Origin: an uncultured Gemmatimonadaceae bacterium
GTDB taxonomy: Bacteria > Gemmatimonadota > Gemmatimonadetes > Gemmatimonadales > Gemmatimonadaceae
Assembly (NCBI GenBank): GCA_963781585.1
Contig: CAWAGQ010000002.1
Coordinates: forward strand, 32,001-96,000
Direction: 5' to 3'
DNA length: 64,000 nucleotides
Below the pieces are notes generated by a model. It was not told the origin of the DNA. It did not search any database and saw only the letters and a program-made list of their open reading frames with translations. The position numbers and the translations under genes are program-made. Position 1 is the first letter of the stretch. Every line of letters starts with the position of its first letter. Shown piece after piece: positions 18,563-29,013 of this stretch.

Positions 18563-19687
18563 ATGATGTCCGCTGCAGCCCGCCACACCCTGCGAATAAC
18601 GCCGATGGTCCTGGCTGCACTGGCGCTCACGGTAACCGCGGTGCCGGCGCAGGAGATGATCATCGCTGATCGTGTCACATGCGCTCGCTGCTCCATTGAG
18701 CTGAACCTTCGGTTGACTCTCAACACGACCGGTACCGGAGGAACCACGGGCGTTCCGCTGCAAGTGGTTCCGTTGAGTGATGGCCGACGTGTGGTCCGGC
18801 TCGCCGGGCAGCTTCCGACTGTCCTGTCCAGCAATGGCCGCGACCTTCGTGAAATCGGTCGCCGCGGCGCGGGCCCCGGGGAATTTCAGGAAGTGGCAGA
18901 TGTAGCGCGACTGCCTGGCGATTCGCTGCTGCTGCTGGATTCCGACCTGAGTCGTGCATCGGTGCTGGGGCCTGACGGCATGTTCGTGCGGTCGGTGACA
19001 CTGCCGTTCTACACCTCCGGCGTCGCTGTTCTGGACTGGCCCCGCAATGTCGTCGTGAATGGAATGAGCCATACCCCTGATGCGGTTGGCTGGCCTCTTC
19101 ACTTGATGGACTTCTCCACTTCGCCGGCTCGCCTCCGGTCATCCTTCGGAGACAACCAGGCGGAACTCCGCGCCGGGCAGGACTTCACTCTAATCCGACG
19201 CTTTTTCGCCGTATCCGGTACGTCCTTCTGGACTCACCAAATCACGAGTTATCAACTCAGCCGATACTCCGCAGACGGACGAATCCAAGGGACGATTCGT
19301 CGTCAACCAGAATGGTTCGCCCGCGAGTCGCCGTGGACCGTAGGCGGTCCGACCATGGCTCCTCCGCCATTCCTTCAGGCGGCGGCTGTACGGAATGACA
19401 CACTCTGGGTTGCCGCCGCTATCCCGCGGCCCGACTGGCAGAGGGTATGGCACTCCGACCGAATCGCAGGGAAACGAGAGCTGACGCGCGCCGAAAGGCC
19501 TGATCTGGTCGAACTCTACAAGACCCGACTCGAAGTGATCGAGTTGCGCAGGGGCGCCCTGGTCGCCCAGCGGGATGTGGACGGACTCGTCGTCACGATT
19601 GATAACCGACTGGGCGCAACGCTGTACACGCTGAACCGCGAGCTGGAGCCCAAGGTCCAGGTGTTCGATCTTCAACTCAAGCGATGA
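18563..19687 (+). CDS. 6-bladed beta-propeller exported protein, paralog of 15549-16691
   Basis: Signal peptide ending VPAQ, TCARC, IGRRGAGPGEF, GWPLHLMD, TRLEVIEL. Confidence 0.8.
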   Translation: MMSAAARHTLRITPMVLAALALTVTAVPAQEMIIADRVTCARCSIELNLRLTLNTTGTGGTTGVPLQVVPLSDGRRVVRLAGQLPTVLSSNGRDLREIGRRGAGPGEFQEVADVARLPGDSLLLLDSDLSRASVLGPDGMFVRSVTLPFYTSGVAVLDWPRNVVVNGMSHTPDAVGWPLHLMDFSTSPARLRSSFGDNQAELRAGQDFTLIRRFFAVSGTSFWTHQITSYQLSRYSADGRIQGTIRRQPEWFARESPWTVGGPTMAPPPFLQAAAVRNDTLWVAAAIPRPDWQRVWHSDRIAGKRELTRAERPDLVELYKTRLEVIELRRGALVAQRDVDGLVVTIDNRLGATLYTLNRELEPKVQVFDLQLKR

Positions 19688-20009
19688 GGGCTGAGGCTCT
19701 GGCGGCAGCCGTTTGCCCGCGCGAACGGCCCGCCCTGCGCGACTTGTGGCGTATGAAACTGCCCCGACGTCCGCAAGCTGGCGCGTGTCGATCGACAACC
19801 AACGCCAGGCGCAGGCGCGTCCCGTAGTCAGCGCCCGCCGCGAATCCTCGCCGAACGCCAGAAAGGAGCGCGGTAGCCCCTCCCCTGACGCAGGGGCTGC
19901 TGCCCCACGGACGCCCGGATGGCCATCCGCTGACCCGCTTTGCGTCACCGTGGCGGTTCCGCCCGTCCGCCCGGTAGCTTAACGGCGCACCACGGAACCC
20001 TGGACAGCC

Positions 20010-21707
20010 GTGACCCATCCACACCTCGCGCTCGCCCCCGCACTCGCTGCAGTGCTCGCCTGCGGCTCAGGTGCGCCACCGAACACCGGCGCGGGCATCG
20101 CCAGCTCGATCCGGCACCCCGGCACCCAGGCCGAACGCACCAACTACCGCGAGACCTCCACCCACGCCCAGGTCGTCGCGTTCATCGATTCGCTGAAGCT
20201 CCTCGGCCGGCCCATGGTCACCGGCAACATCGGCACCACCTTCGAGGGACGCTCGCTCCCCTACGTCGTGGTCTCGCGCCCGCTCTTCGGCACCCCCGAC
20301 GCCGCGCGCCGATCGGGCCGCCCCATCGTCTACGTCCAGGGCAACATCCACGCGGGCGAAGTCGAGGGAAAGGAAGCGCTGCTCGCGCTTGTCCGGGATC
20401 TCCTCCTCGATCCCCGTCCCAACGTCCTCGACTCGATCGTCCTCATTGCCCAGCCTATCTACAACGCCGACGGCAACGATCACTTCGGTCCCCAGGCCCG
20501 CAACCGCGGCTCGCAGAACGGACCGGAAATGGTCGGCACCCGCGCCAATGCCCAGGGCTACAACCTGAATCGCGACTACATGAAGCTCGACGCGCCCGAG
20601 TCGCGCGGCGCGCTCGCGATGTTCAACGCCTGGGACCCGCACGTTTTTGTCGACCTCCACACCACCGACGGCAGCTACCACGGCTACAACCTCACCTACG
20701 CGCCGTCGCTCAGTCCCGCCGCCGAACTTCCGGGCTTCACCAATGGCGGCCTCTGGGCGCATGACTCGCTGCTGCCCGAGCTCCGCCGCCGCCTCAACGC
20801 GCGCGACCACGTCGCCACCTTCGACTACGGCGACTTCCGAGGCGGCAGCGACTCCGCCAGCGTCGCCCGCGGCTGGTACACCTTCGAGCACCTCCCGCGC
20901 TACGGCACCAACTACTACGGGCTCCGCGGCCGCCTCGGCATCCTGAGCGAAGCGTTCTCCCACGACCCCTTCGAGACGCGCGTGCACGCCACTTACGCGT
21001 TCGTGAAAGAACTGCTCTCGCTGGTGGCCGAGCGCGGCGCGACCATCGTCGCCATGGCGCGACAGTCCGATGCCGCACTTCGTGCCGGGCGCGACATTCC
21101 GTCGATTCCCGTGCGCGCCAGGATGACCACGAATCGGAGCGACGACGTGGTGTACGAGGACCTCGAACCTTCCAGCGATACGACCAACCGCGAGATCGGC
21201 GTGCGGCGTGGCATGCGCCGCACGGGCCGCTACCACACGTTGCGCATCCCCATCTACGACCGCTTCACGCCGACCGTCACCCGACCAGCGCCGTGGGGAT
21301 ATGCGCTCGCGCCCGGTGACACCTCGGCCGTGAATCTCCTCCGTCTGCACGGGATCGCCGTCGAGCGGACCGGTCGGCCGTGGTCCGGCGACGCCGGCCC
21401 CCAGTTCCGGGTCGATTCCACCATCACGGACCCGCGTCCGTTCGAGCCCCAGGCTGCGATTCCACGCCTCGAGGTGCGGCTGGTGGGCCGATGGGAATCG
21501 GGGCAGCCGGTCACGCTCGCTCCCGGCACCTGGATCGTGCGGGTGGCCCAGCCGCTCGGCGTACTCGCGATGTACCTGCTGGAGCCGGAGAGCGACGACG
21601 GGATCGTCGCCTGGGACATCGGCGGCCGATCGAAGGGCGGCCCGGGGACTGCGCCGGTGGTTCGCCTGGCGCAACCCGTTCCGGTCCGGCTGGCGCCGGC
21701 GCGATGA
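20010..21707 (+). CDS. M14 family zinc carboxypeptidase (probable lipoprotein)
   Basis: NIHAGEVEGKE (HxxE), NLNRD, DLHTT; lipobox-like VLAC. Confidence 0.88.
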   Translation: MTHPHLALAPALAAVLACGSGAPPNTGAGIASSIRHPGTQAERTNYRETSTHAQVVAFIDSLKLLGRPMVTGNIGTTFEGRSLPYVVVSRPLFGTPDAARRSGRPIVYVQGNIHAGEVEGKEALLALVRDLLLDPRPNVLDSIVLIAQPIYNADGNDHFGPQARNRGSQNGPEMVGTRANAQGYNLNRDYMKLDAPESRGALAMFNAWDPHVFVDLHTTDGSYHGYNLTYAPSLSPAAELPGFTNGGLWAHDSLLPELRRRLNARDHVATFDYGDFRGGSDSASVARGWYTFEHLPRYGTNYYGLRGRLGILSEAFSHDPFETRVHATYAFVKELLSLVAERGATIVAMARQSDAALRAGRDIPSIPVRARMTTNRSDDVVYEDLEPSSDTTNREIGVRRGMRRTGRYHTLRIPIYDRFTPTVTRPAPWGYALAPGDTSAVNLLRLHGIAVERTGRPWSGDAGPQFRVDSTITDPRPFEPQAAIPRLEVRLVGRWESGQPVTLAPGTWIVRVAQPLGVLAMYLLEPESDDGIVAWDIGGRSKGGPGTAPVVRLAQPVPVRLAPAR

Positions 21708-21857
21708 AGCGCCGGAATTCGCGGAATGCGTCGCGGGTGCGGCGCGCCGCCTAACGTGAGTCAGCCGCGGCGCGGCCCAACGCGGGTCAGAGGTGGCGCT
21801 CTGCCTAACGCGCGGCCGTCCCGGTGCGCCCCCGGTCGTTCGTCCGCGATCGGATGG

Positions 21858-23156
21858 CTACTCCGGACGACGCGGCTTGGCGGTCCGTCCCGACCCCGAG
21901 CCCGAAGTGCTCGACGCGCCGCCGCCGGACTGCGATGCCGACCCTCCCGACGACCCCGATTGCGAGGAGCCGGACGCGGTGGATCCGCGAGGGGCAGTGT
22001 AGCCGCGCCCCTTCACCACCCGCCCGTGACGGTCCTGCTCGGAGGTGTTGTCGACTGGACCTTGCTTGACCACAACCACCACCGGCTGGTTTCCGTAATA
22101 CCAGCCGCCGTAGCCGTACCGATACCCGTAGCCGCAGCCGGCTCCATATGGCGCGTAGCCGTATGGCGCGTAGCCGTATGGCGAATAGCCGAATAACGAG
22201 AAGCCAAACGGATCGTAACCCAACGGCTCATAGCAGTCGAAACGGGAGCCCGCGAACGCATTCCCGGCGTAGCCGCGTGTCGTCGGACCGGGCTCCGCAC
22301 TGGCGCTCGGATTGCTCACGACGCTCAACCCCCCAGCCCGTGAGCGGTCCAGCGCGAACACCTTCGGGTAGGAGAGTGCAACCATCACGTCGATCACCGT
22401 CGACGGCACACCAGCCTCCTGCAAGCCGAGGAGCTGCTTCGCGTCGAGCGCGAACCCCTCGCCACGTTCCGCAAGCCACGTCTCGATCACGCCTGCGTCG
22501 AGGAAACGCGATGCCTCCTCGACGTCGTGAGCGGTCAGCGGCGCGGCGGCCGCAATCCTGGCCGCATTCACCGCCAGGGAGCGACCCTGCAACGCCCTAG
22601 CGATCTCCGCTGGGAGAGGGCCGTCGGGAGTCGCCGCTCGGTAGCGTGCCACGCGCACGCCGGTCCCGGTCCCCACGCTCACACCTTCGACCTCGATCCA
22701 CTCACCGGATTGCGACATCGCCATCACGCCGTTCGATTGTCGCGCCAAACCGCCGGTGCAGGTGTAGTTCGATCGCAGGTACACCCGCTCTCCGCCGGAC
22801 GACCACTGCGCCCGGTCCCAACCGGTGCATCCGTCCCTGGACACCTGGCGCTCTTCGCCGGTGGCCTCGACCAGCTGCCGGGTCGCGATACTGTCACCCA
22901 CCACGGTGACGATGTCGACCGACGACGGGCCCGCGGCCGGAATCACGCAGACCCGGGGCGCTCGCATCGTGGCACCCGTCGCCGCCGACGCGGTTGCCAC
23001 CGCTTCCCAGCAGCCAAGCCACGGCTGCCATCGCGGATCGCCGCTGGATTGCGCCCGCGCCGGCGTGGCGTACTGAAGAAACATCACGCCGCCCACCAAT
23101 GCGGTCACGGTCGTGAACCGCCGGGTGATGCTCGCGCGACTGGTCATGATGCCCAT
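21858..23156 (-). CDS. Hypothetical secreted protein with GYAPY repeats and a Ser/Gly-rich tail
   Basis: Signal ending ARAQ, paired Cys, GYSPYGYAPYGYAPYG, low-complexity C-terminus. Confidence 0.75.
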   Translation of the reverse strand: MGIMTSRASITRRFTTVTALVGGVMFLQYATPARAQSSGDPRWQPWLGCWEAVATASAATGATMRAPRVCVIPAAGPSSVDIVTVVGDSIATRQLVEATGEERQVSRDGCTGWDRAQWSSGGERVYLRSNYTCTGGLARQSNGVMAMSQSGEWIEVEGVSVGTGTGVRVARYRAATPDGPLPAEIARALQGRSLAVNAARIAAAAPLTAHDVEEASRFLDAGVIETWLAERGEGFALDAKQLLGLQEAGVPSTVIDVMVALSYPKVFALDRSRAGGLSVVSNPSASAEPGPTTRGYAGNAFAGSRFDCYEPLGYDPFGFSLFGYSPYGYAPYGYAPYGAGCGYGYRYGYGGWYYGNQPVVVVVKQGPVDNTSEQDRHGRVVKGRGYTAPRGSTASGSSQSGSSGGSASQSGGGASSTSGSGSGRTAKPRRPE

Positions 23157-23160
23157 CCTG

Positions 23161-24003
23161 TCAGAACCTGACGTAGAGACCGAGAGAACCGTCGTAGCCG
23201 GAGAGATCGATCCGATGGAAACCAGTGAAGTCACGACTCATGCGCGCTCTCGCCAAGGTATAGACAGCCTCACCGGTGAGTCCGAAGCGGGGCCCGAGCG
23301 AAAGGTCCACGCCGGCGAACCCGGTCGCGGCCGGTGTCCACCCGGAGGATTCGAACTTGTCCGGAAATACGGCGAGCGTGCTCATGTCGATAAAATCGCC
23401 CTGCTGCCGGAACCGGTACCACATGGCGCCGGCGCCCACGCCCACGAACGGCGCGAATTGGGCCGGTATCCAGGCAAATTGGCCGACCGATCGGCCGCGA
23501 TCCATGAGGTACAGCTTCGCGCTTGCCGTCACCGGAAGCCGCTCGAGCTTCGTGGTCTGCTCGATGGGCAGGTCGTTGTTGTCCACGAAATCCCGAAACT
23601 CCGACTGCGCACTTCGGCCGGCGTACGACGTGCTGAACACCAGGTCCAGCCGCGGCCGGAGACGGAACGCCAGCTCCGCACCGAATGAGGGGCTGCCGAA
23701 GTCGCCGTGTCCCAATGTCAGCTCGTCCGTGATGAACGAGAAGATGTCGCTCCCCGCCCGCGCCTGCGCGAACCCGCCGTAGAGGCTGAAGCTTCCCACC
23801 GGTTCCTTGAACAGGAAGCCGTTTCCGGTTCCTTGCGCGTTGGTGGGAGCGGCGAGCATGAGAGCGATCGCGATCCCGGCAACATGGCCGACACGATCGA
23901 GCGGAGCCCAGCGCAGACGAGCGACGAACACGCTGTGTACAGACGGGGTCGGCCTCATCGGCCTCTCCAACGTGCGGGTGATCGACTCACCCATTCCTTC
24001 CAT
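23161..24003 (-). CDS. Outer-membrane beta-barrel protein (OmpA/OmpW-like size)
   Basis: Signal peptide, alternating beta strands, APFVGVGAG, terminal YVRF. Start may be 23958. Confidence 0.75.
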   Translation of the reverse strand: MEGMGESITRTLERPMRPTPSVHSVFVARLRWAPLDRVGHVAGIAIALMLAAPTNAQGTGNGFLFKEPVGSFSLYGGFAQARAGSDIFSFITDELTLGHGDFGSPSFGAELAFRLRPRLDLVFSTSYAGRSAQSEFRDFVDNNDLPIEQTTKLERLPVTASAKLYLMDRGRSVGQFAWIPAQFAPFVGVGAGAMWYRFRQQGDFIDMSTLAVFPDKFESSGWTPAATGFAGVDLSLGPRFGLTGEAVYTLARARMSRDFTGFHRIDLSGYDGSLGLYVRF

Positions 24004-24334
24004 GTGCTAGCATACCACGACGGGGCGGGCATCGGAAGCGAGAGCGTTGCTCGGCACTGGTAGGTGACAGTACCCGCCGCTCCCGAGAGGATCCGCCTTC
24101 TCTTCGCTACTGATTTTCGTGAGTGACGCGCTCGACCCGGGGCGGCGGGCTCCGTAGGTTAACCGCATGGGGGATCGTGCATAACAGCCCTGCAAGACTG
24201 CCTGGCGGGAGACACGTCTTCGGCGACGAAGCGGACGGGGTCACCGCCGTTCTCGAAGGCGCCAGTAGAAGGGTGCGTGACCGGGCGCCTGGCCAATACC
24301 GCATTCCGGGCCGGCGGTCCGACCCGGAAGGCCA

Positions 24335-25276
24335 ATGATCCGGCGCGCCCTTCTCGCCCTCTCCACCCATCCGCGGCTCTTCCGCTACGTGCGCGAGAGC
24401 AGGCTCGCCCGCCGCCTGTCGCTCCGCTTCGTGGCCGGCGAGACGGTCGACGATGCCGTCGCCGCGGTTCGCACACTGAACCAGCGCGGCATCGCCGCCT
24501 CGATGGACCAGCTCGGAGAGAGTGTGGCGAGTGCCCAGGCCGCGCGCACCACCGGCAAACAGTACTCCGCGCTCCTCGAACGCATCGCCACCGAGCGCCT
24601 CGCGGCCAACGTCTCCATCAAGCTCACCGCCCTCGGCCTGGACATCGACGAGGAGCTGTGTGTGACGAACGTGCAGGAGATCCTGGGCCGCGCGCGCGAC
24701 CTTGGCGCGTTCGTGCGCATCGATATGGAGGGCTCGGCGTACACCGAGCGCACCATCACGCTTTTTCACGAGTGCTTCTATCCCGCCTTCCCCGACAATG
24801 TCGGGATGGTGCTGCAGAGCTATCTCTATCGCACGGCCGACGACGTCGAGGGCGCGATCGCGCGTGGGTGCCGGGTGCGGCTCTGCAAGGGCGCGTACCG
24901 CGAGCCGGCGTCGGTGGCCTATCCGCGCAAGCCCGACGTGGACGCGAACTACGTGCGCTGCATGCAGCGCCTGCTGCGCGCTGGCAACTATCCGGGCATC
25001 GCGACCCATGACGAGCGGATCATCAACGAGGCGATTCGGCTGGCGCGCACCGGGGCGATCGTTCCCGAGCGATTCGAGTTCCAGATGCTCTACGGGGTGC
25101 GGCGCGATCTGCAGGAGCGCCTGGTACGCGAAGGGTGGCGGATGCGGGTGTACGTGCCGTTCGGGAGCTACTGGTATCCGTACCTCATGCGCCGTCTCGC
25201 CGAACGTCCCGCGAACGTCTTCTTCATCGTCGGCAACCTGGCGCGCGAGCGCATGCAGGGGCGAAAGGGGCCGTGA
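24335..25276 (+). CDS. Monofunctional proline dehydrogenase
   Basis: RFVAGET, SIKLT, VRIDME, RLCKGAY, IATHD, YLMRRLAERPAN. Confidence 0.95.
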   Translation: MIRRALLALSTHPRLFRYVRESRLARRLSLRFVAGETVDDAVAAVRTLNQRGIAASMDQLGESVASAQAARTTGKQYSALLERIATERLAANVSIKLTALGLDIDEELCVTNVQEILGRARDLGAFVRIDMEGSAYTERTITLFHECFYPAFPDNVGMVLQSYLYRTADDVEGAIARGCRVRLCKGAYREPASVAYPRKPDVDANYVRCMQRLLRAGNYPGIATHDERIINEAIRLARTGAIVPERFEFQMLYGVRRDLQERLVREGWRMRVYVPFGSYWYPYLMRRLAERPANVFFIVGNLARERMQGRKGP

Positions 25277-25411
25277 TCGGGAGAGGATCGCTCAGTGGGA
25301 GTTCACTGCCAACCGTAAGGCACTGGCGATTTCCCGTTTGCTGTTTGCCGTCCTCGGGCTGCCGCCAGCTTTACTTGTGAGCTGCCATCTGTTCACCGTT
25401 CGCTGGTAACG

Positions 25412-25839
25412 ATGCCCGGCCAATTCCTCCCCCCGACCACTCGGCTGGCGACGCCAACACCATCGGCGGCTACATGGCCGTCCATGGACGCCCCGCGGCG
25501 TTCGAGGGATCAGACGGCATGTCGTACAGCGTGGCCATCGAGACGGCGCGCAACGATGACCAGGAGCAGCCGTGGGGAGCGTATTTCCTCTTCCTCCGGT
25601 GGCGGCGCATCGGCCCCCAGGGGGTGGAGGGACACCTCGAGACTGATTTTCTCGCGTTCGGCCAATCGGCCGACGCGGCCTCAGCCGCGTTAGGCGCGAT
25701 GCCGCTCAACAGCGTGCACGAGGAACTGGAGCGGCTCATCGCGGCGCGGCGGCCGTCCCCGGAGCGACGCTGGTGGGATGCCATGCGGGATGAAGGCGAC
25801 GAGGAAGGCGCGCCGGAGCAACCGGACACGCCGCAATGA
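25412..25839 (+). CDS. Conserved hypothetical protein (frameshift in the C-run near 25430)
   Basis: MPGQFLPP joins GDANTIGGYMAVHGRPAAFEGSDG; coupled to rsgA by ATGA. Confidence 0.65.
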
Positions 25840-26792
25840 CGCCTGCAGCCCACGGCGACCCGAAGTCCGGAATCGCCGGAGTGCACGGACGCGTACTCCG
25901 TGGCACCGGAGGTATCTGGCACGTCCGCGGGGCCGACGGCTCGATCTACGAGGCCGCGCTGAAGGGTGGCGTGAAGCACGCCAGCGTCAGAAAGCTCGCG
26001 GTCGGCGACGAGGTCATTCTGCACGGTGAACGCGCGGGCGGTGTGAGCGCCATCGCCGAGATCCTCCCGCGGCGCTCACAGCTCGCGCGCCGCACTCCCG
26101 GAGGCGGCTATGGCGAACGCGTGGTGGTGGCCAACATCGACCAGGTGGTGGTGGTGTTCGCGATGCGGAAGCCGGAACCGCATCCACGCATGCTCGATCG
26201 CTTCCTGGTCATCGCGGAAGCCAACGACCTGCCGGCCCGTATCGTGATCAACAAGGTGGACCTGGCCGGGCTCGAGGACGCGCAGGAACGCTTCGGCTTC
26301 TACTCGACCATCGGCTATCCGGTGCACTACACGAGCGCCAAGTCCGGGCATGGGCTTGCTGAGCTGCACGAGGCGCTGCTCGGGAAGACTTCGGCGCTCA
26401 CCGGCCCGTCGGGTGTGGGGAAGTCGTCGCTCCTGAACGCGATGTACCCGGGCCTCAACCTGCGCGTGGGAGAGATCAGCGAATCCGTGAACAAGGGACG
26501 ACACACCACCGTGGGCGCCTCGATGCATCCGCTCCCGGACGCGGGGTTCGTGGTCGATACCCCCGGCCTGCGCGAGATCGGACTCTGGGGACTCCGGGCG
26601 GACGCGCTGGACGAGTGCTTCCCGGAGATGCGTGAGCGACGTGCCACCTGTCACTTCGCCAACTGCCGTCATCTCACGGAGCCTGGATGCGCCGTGCGCG
26701 GTGCCGTCGAAGCCGGCGAAGTGAGCGGGGAGCGCTATGCCTCATACACGACGCTGATGGAGGAAGTGCGGGAGGCCGAGGGGATGCGGTAA
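25836..26792 (+). CDS. rsgA: Ribosome small subunit-dependent GTPase A
   Basis: Circularly permuted NKVD, GPSGVGKSS, GRHTT, DTPG; C-terminal CHFANCRHLTEPGC zinc finger. Confidence 0.95.
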   Translation: MTPAAHGDPKSGIAGVHGRVLRGTGGIWHVRGADGSIYEAALKGGVKHASVRKLAVGDEVILHGERAGGVSAIAEILPRRSQLARRTPGGGYGERVVVANIDQVVVVFAMRKPEPHPRMLDRFLVIAEANDLPARIVINKVDLAGLEDAQERFGFYSTIGYPVHYTSAKSGHGLAELHEALLGKTSALTGPSGVGKSSLLNAMYPGLNLRVGEISESVNKGRHTTVGASMHPLPDAGFVVDTPGLREIGLWGLRADALDECFPEMRERRATCHFANCRHLTEPGCAVRGAVEAGEVSGERYASYTTLMEEVREAEGMR

Positions 26793-26867
26793 CGGGAGCG
26801 CCCGCCTCGAGCGGGGAATCCCTCGCTCCCTCCCGTCGCTGGACGCGCGGCGATGGAGCCTCGGACG

Positions 26868-27503
26868 TCAGGGAGACAGTCGCTCGATCACCCACCGATC
26901 GCCGTCACGCCGATATCGCACCCGATCGTGCAGGCGGCTCGGCCGCCCCTGCCAGAACTCCAGCTCGTCAGGCGCGAGGCGGAACCCGCCCCAGTGCGGC
27001 GGGAGCGGCACGTCGCCGCCGGGGAATCTCGCGGCGACCTCTGCCACCTGTGCCTCCAGCCACCCGCGTGCCGGGATCACCGCGCTCTGGATCGACGCCC
27101 AGGCGCCCATCCGCGCGCCTAACGGGCGCGACTGGAAGTACGTCGCTGATTCGGTGGAACTGATCCTGGTCACCGTGCCCTCGATGCGCACCTGCCGTTC
27201 GATCTCCTTCCAGAAGAACACCAGCGCGGCCCGGGGATTCGTCTCGAGCTCCGCCGACTTGCGGCTGCGATAGTCGGTGTAGAACACGAAACCATCCTGC
27301 CCCACGTCCTTGAGCAGGACGATCCGCGCCGACGGCTGCCCGTCGGCCGTGCTGGTCGCCAGCGTCATCGCGTTCGGGTCGACCAGCTCGGCGGCCTGCG
27401 CCTGCGCGAACCAGTGGCGGAACTGCGTGATGGGGTCGGGATCGACGTCGGCCACGTCGAGCGACGCCATCGCGTATTCGCGGCGCAGATCGGGAGGGGA
27501 CAT
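26868..27503 (-). CDS. pdxH: Pyridoxamine 5'-phosphate oxidase
   Basis: [39 protein letters not shown]. Confidence 0.95.
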   Translation of the reverse strand: MSPPDLRREYAMASLDVADVDPDPITQFRHWFAQAQAAELVDPNAMTLATSTADGQPSARIVLLKDVGQDGFVFYTDYRSRKSAELETNPRAALVFFWKEIERQVRIEGTVTRISSTESATYFQSRPLGARMGAWASIQSAVIPARGWLEAQVAEVAARFPGGDVPLPPHWGGFRLAPDELEFWQGRPSRLHDRVRYRRDGDRWVIERLSP

Positions 27504-27606
27504 GGAGGGCAGGGGGAATTGAGAACGGCGCTGGAAAATAGCAGCCAACAGCTGACAGGTGACAACTACCAGTGGACAAACTCCGCCGATCTCGACCTCC
27601 GACGTA

Positions 27607-27655
27607 TAGCCCATGGCCTATGACCTATGGCCTATGACCTATGGCCTATGACCCG
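27607..27655 (+). repeat. Heptamer tandem repeat (TGGCCTA/TGACCTA)
   Basis: Seven consecutive 7-bp units. Confidence 0.9.
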
Positions 27656-27715
27656 TACTGAATTATTTTCTTCCGGGAACCCACCACCATCCACCTGGCT
27701 TCGTGCGAGAGGGGA

Positions 27716-28318
27716 ATGGCGAACAGCGCCGAAGACAAGAAGAAGAAAGACGAGAGCTTCGCGCGTGAGGCACTCCCCTGGATGGACGACGTCTACCGGT
27801 TCGCGCTGTCCCTGACGCGCGACGCCTCGGACGCCGAGGACACCGTACAGGAGACGTACCTGCGGGCCTACCGCTCGTGGCACACGTTTCAGTCGGGGAG
27901 CGACTGCCGGAGGTGGCTGTTCACGATCTGTCGGAATGCCTTCTTGCGCTCACGGGAGCGCCAACGGTTCGAGGTGGACGCCGAGGATGGTGACGCCGAA
28001 GCCGTGGCCGCAGTGCGGGTGCGTCAACAGATGATGGATGACGGGACCGACCGGCTGCTCGCCAGGCTCGACCTCGGCCCCGCGCTGTCGAAAGCGCTTG
28101 CCGAGCTGGACGAACCGTTCCGCTCCGCGGTGGTCCTCGTAGACGTGGAGGATCAATCGTACGAACACGCATCCGAAGTCCTCGGCGTGCCCATCGGGAC
28201 CGTGCGCTCCCGGCTGTTTCGTGGGCGGCGCCAGCTGCAGGAAAAGCTCGTGCGCTACGCGCGCGATGCCGGTTTCGTCACTGCGGGCGACGCATCGAAG
28301 GCGGTGACCGATGACTGA
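27716..28318 (+). CDS. ECF sigma factor (SigH/SigR-like)
   Basis: DAEDTVQETYLRAYR, WLFTICRN, GVPIGTVRSRLFRGR. Confidence 0.92.
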   Translation: MANSAEDKKKKDESFAREALPWMDDVYRFALSLTRDASDAEDTVQETYLRAYRSWHTFQSGSDCRRWLFTICRNAFLRSRERQRFEVDAEDGDAEAVAAVRVRQQMMDDGTDRLLARLDLGPALSKALAELDEPFRSAVVLVDVEDQSYEHASEVLGVPIGTVRSRLFRGRRQLQEKLVRYARDAGFVTAGDASKAVTDD

Positions 28319-28568
28319 CGAAGTCCCCGACATCGACTGCCCCACGGCGCTCCGCCAGCTCTGGGACTACCTGGACGAGGAACTGACCGAGGACCGGATG
28401 GCGATGATGCGCCAGCATATGGCGAAATGCCGACGCTGCCTGCCGCACCACGACTTCGACAAACAGTTCCTCGCGGCCGTCCGCGCCACCCGCCGGGAAC
28501 AGCTGATGCCCCCCGAAGTCAAAGCGCGGGTGATGGAGCTCCTGGCCGAAGCCGGATACGCTGGTTAG
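28311..28568 (+). CDS. Zinc-binding anti-sigma factor (ZAS, RsrA/RshA-like)
   Basis: C...LWDYLDEEL...HMAKCRRC (HxxxCxxC). Confidence 0.9.
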   Translation: MTDEVPDIDCPTALRQLWDYLDEELTEDRMAMMRQHMAKCRRCLPHHDFDKQFLAAVRATRREQLMPPEVKARVMELLAEAGYAG

Positions 28569-28616
28569 GCGCGATCGGTCGACCGCGAGGAGCGTCGCGA
28601 TCGGTTGTCCGGGTGC

Positions 28617-29013
28617 TCAGCCTGGCGCCTCGAATCCGCCCTCGCGCAGCAGCACGCGGTCGAAGGTGTGGACCGACTCGCATCCCCGCGCCAGGCTCTC
28701 CTCGCGAATGAGATAGTCGGCGAAGTCCCCTTTCCCGGCCGCAAACGCCTCGAGCGCACGCACCAGCTGCTCGGGTGCGCCGAACGCAAGGTGCTTTGCG
28801 CGCATCAGCTCACGCAGGAGCGAGAGAATCTGGGCCTTGGGGACGCGATAGCTGGCCGACAACACCCAGACGAGCTCGCAGATCACGATGCTGGAGACGA
28901 AGAGATCCTCCCGCGCGGCAATCGCGCGGTCGACGACGCGCCGCCGCCGCCGACTGGCGCTCGTCGTCCTCCACGAGGAATCGAACCAGCACGTTGGTGT
29001 CGAGTCCGATCAC
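28617..29013 (-). CDS. PIN-domain (VapC-like) toxin, frameshifted near 28930
   Basis: MIGLDTNVLVRFL in one frame; ICELVWVL..Y..DFADYLI..TFDR in another. Confidence 0.85.

Noticed and set aside
20067..21674. Long antisense or alternate-frame ORFs (also 57417-59294, 60991-62739, 29968-31224)
   Set aside because: Shadow ORFs of well-supported genes, expected in GC-rich DNA.
27607..27655. CRISPR array (also 44247-44420 and 45665-45713)
   Set aside because: Contiguous 7-bp units without spacers; no cas genes.
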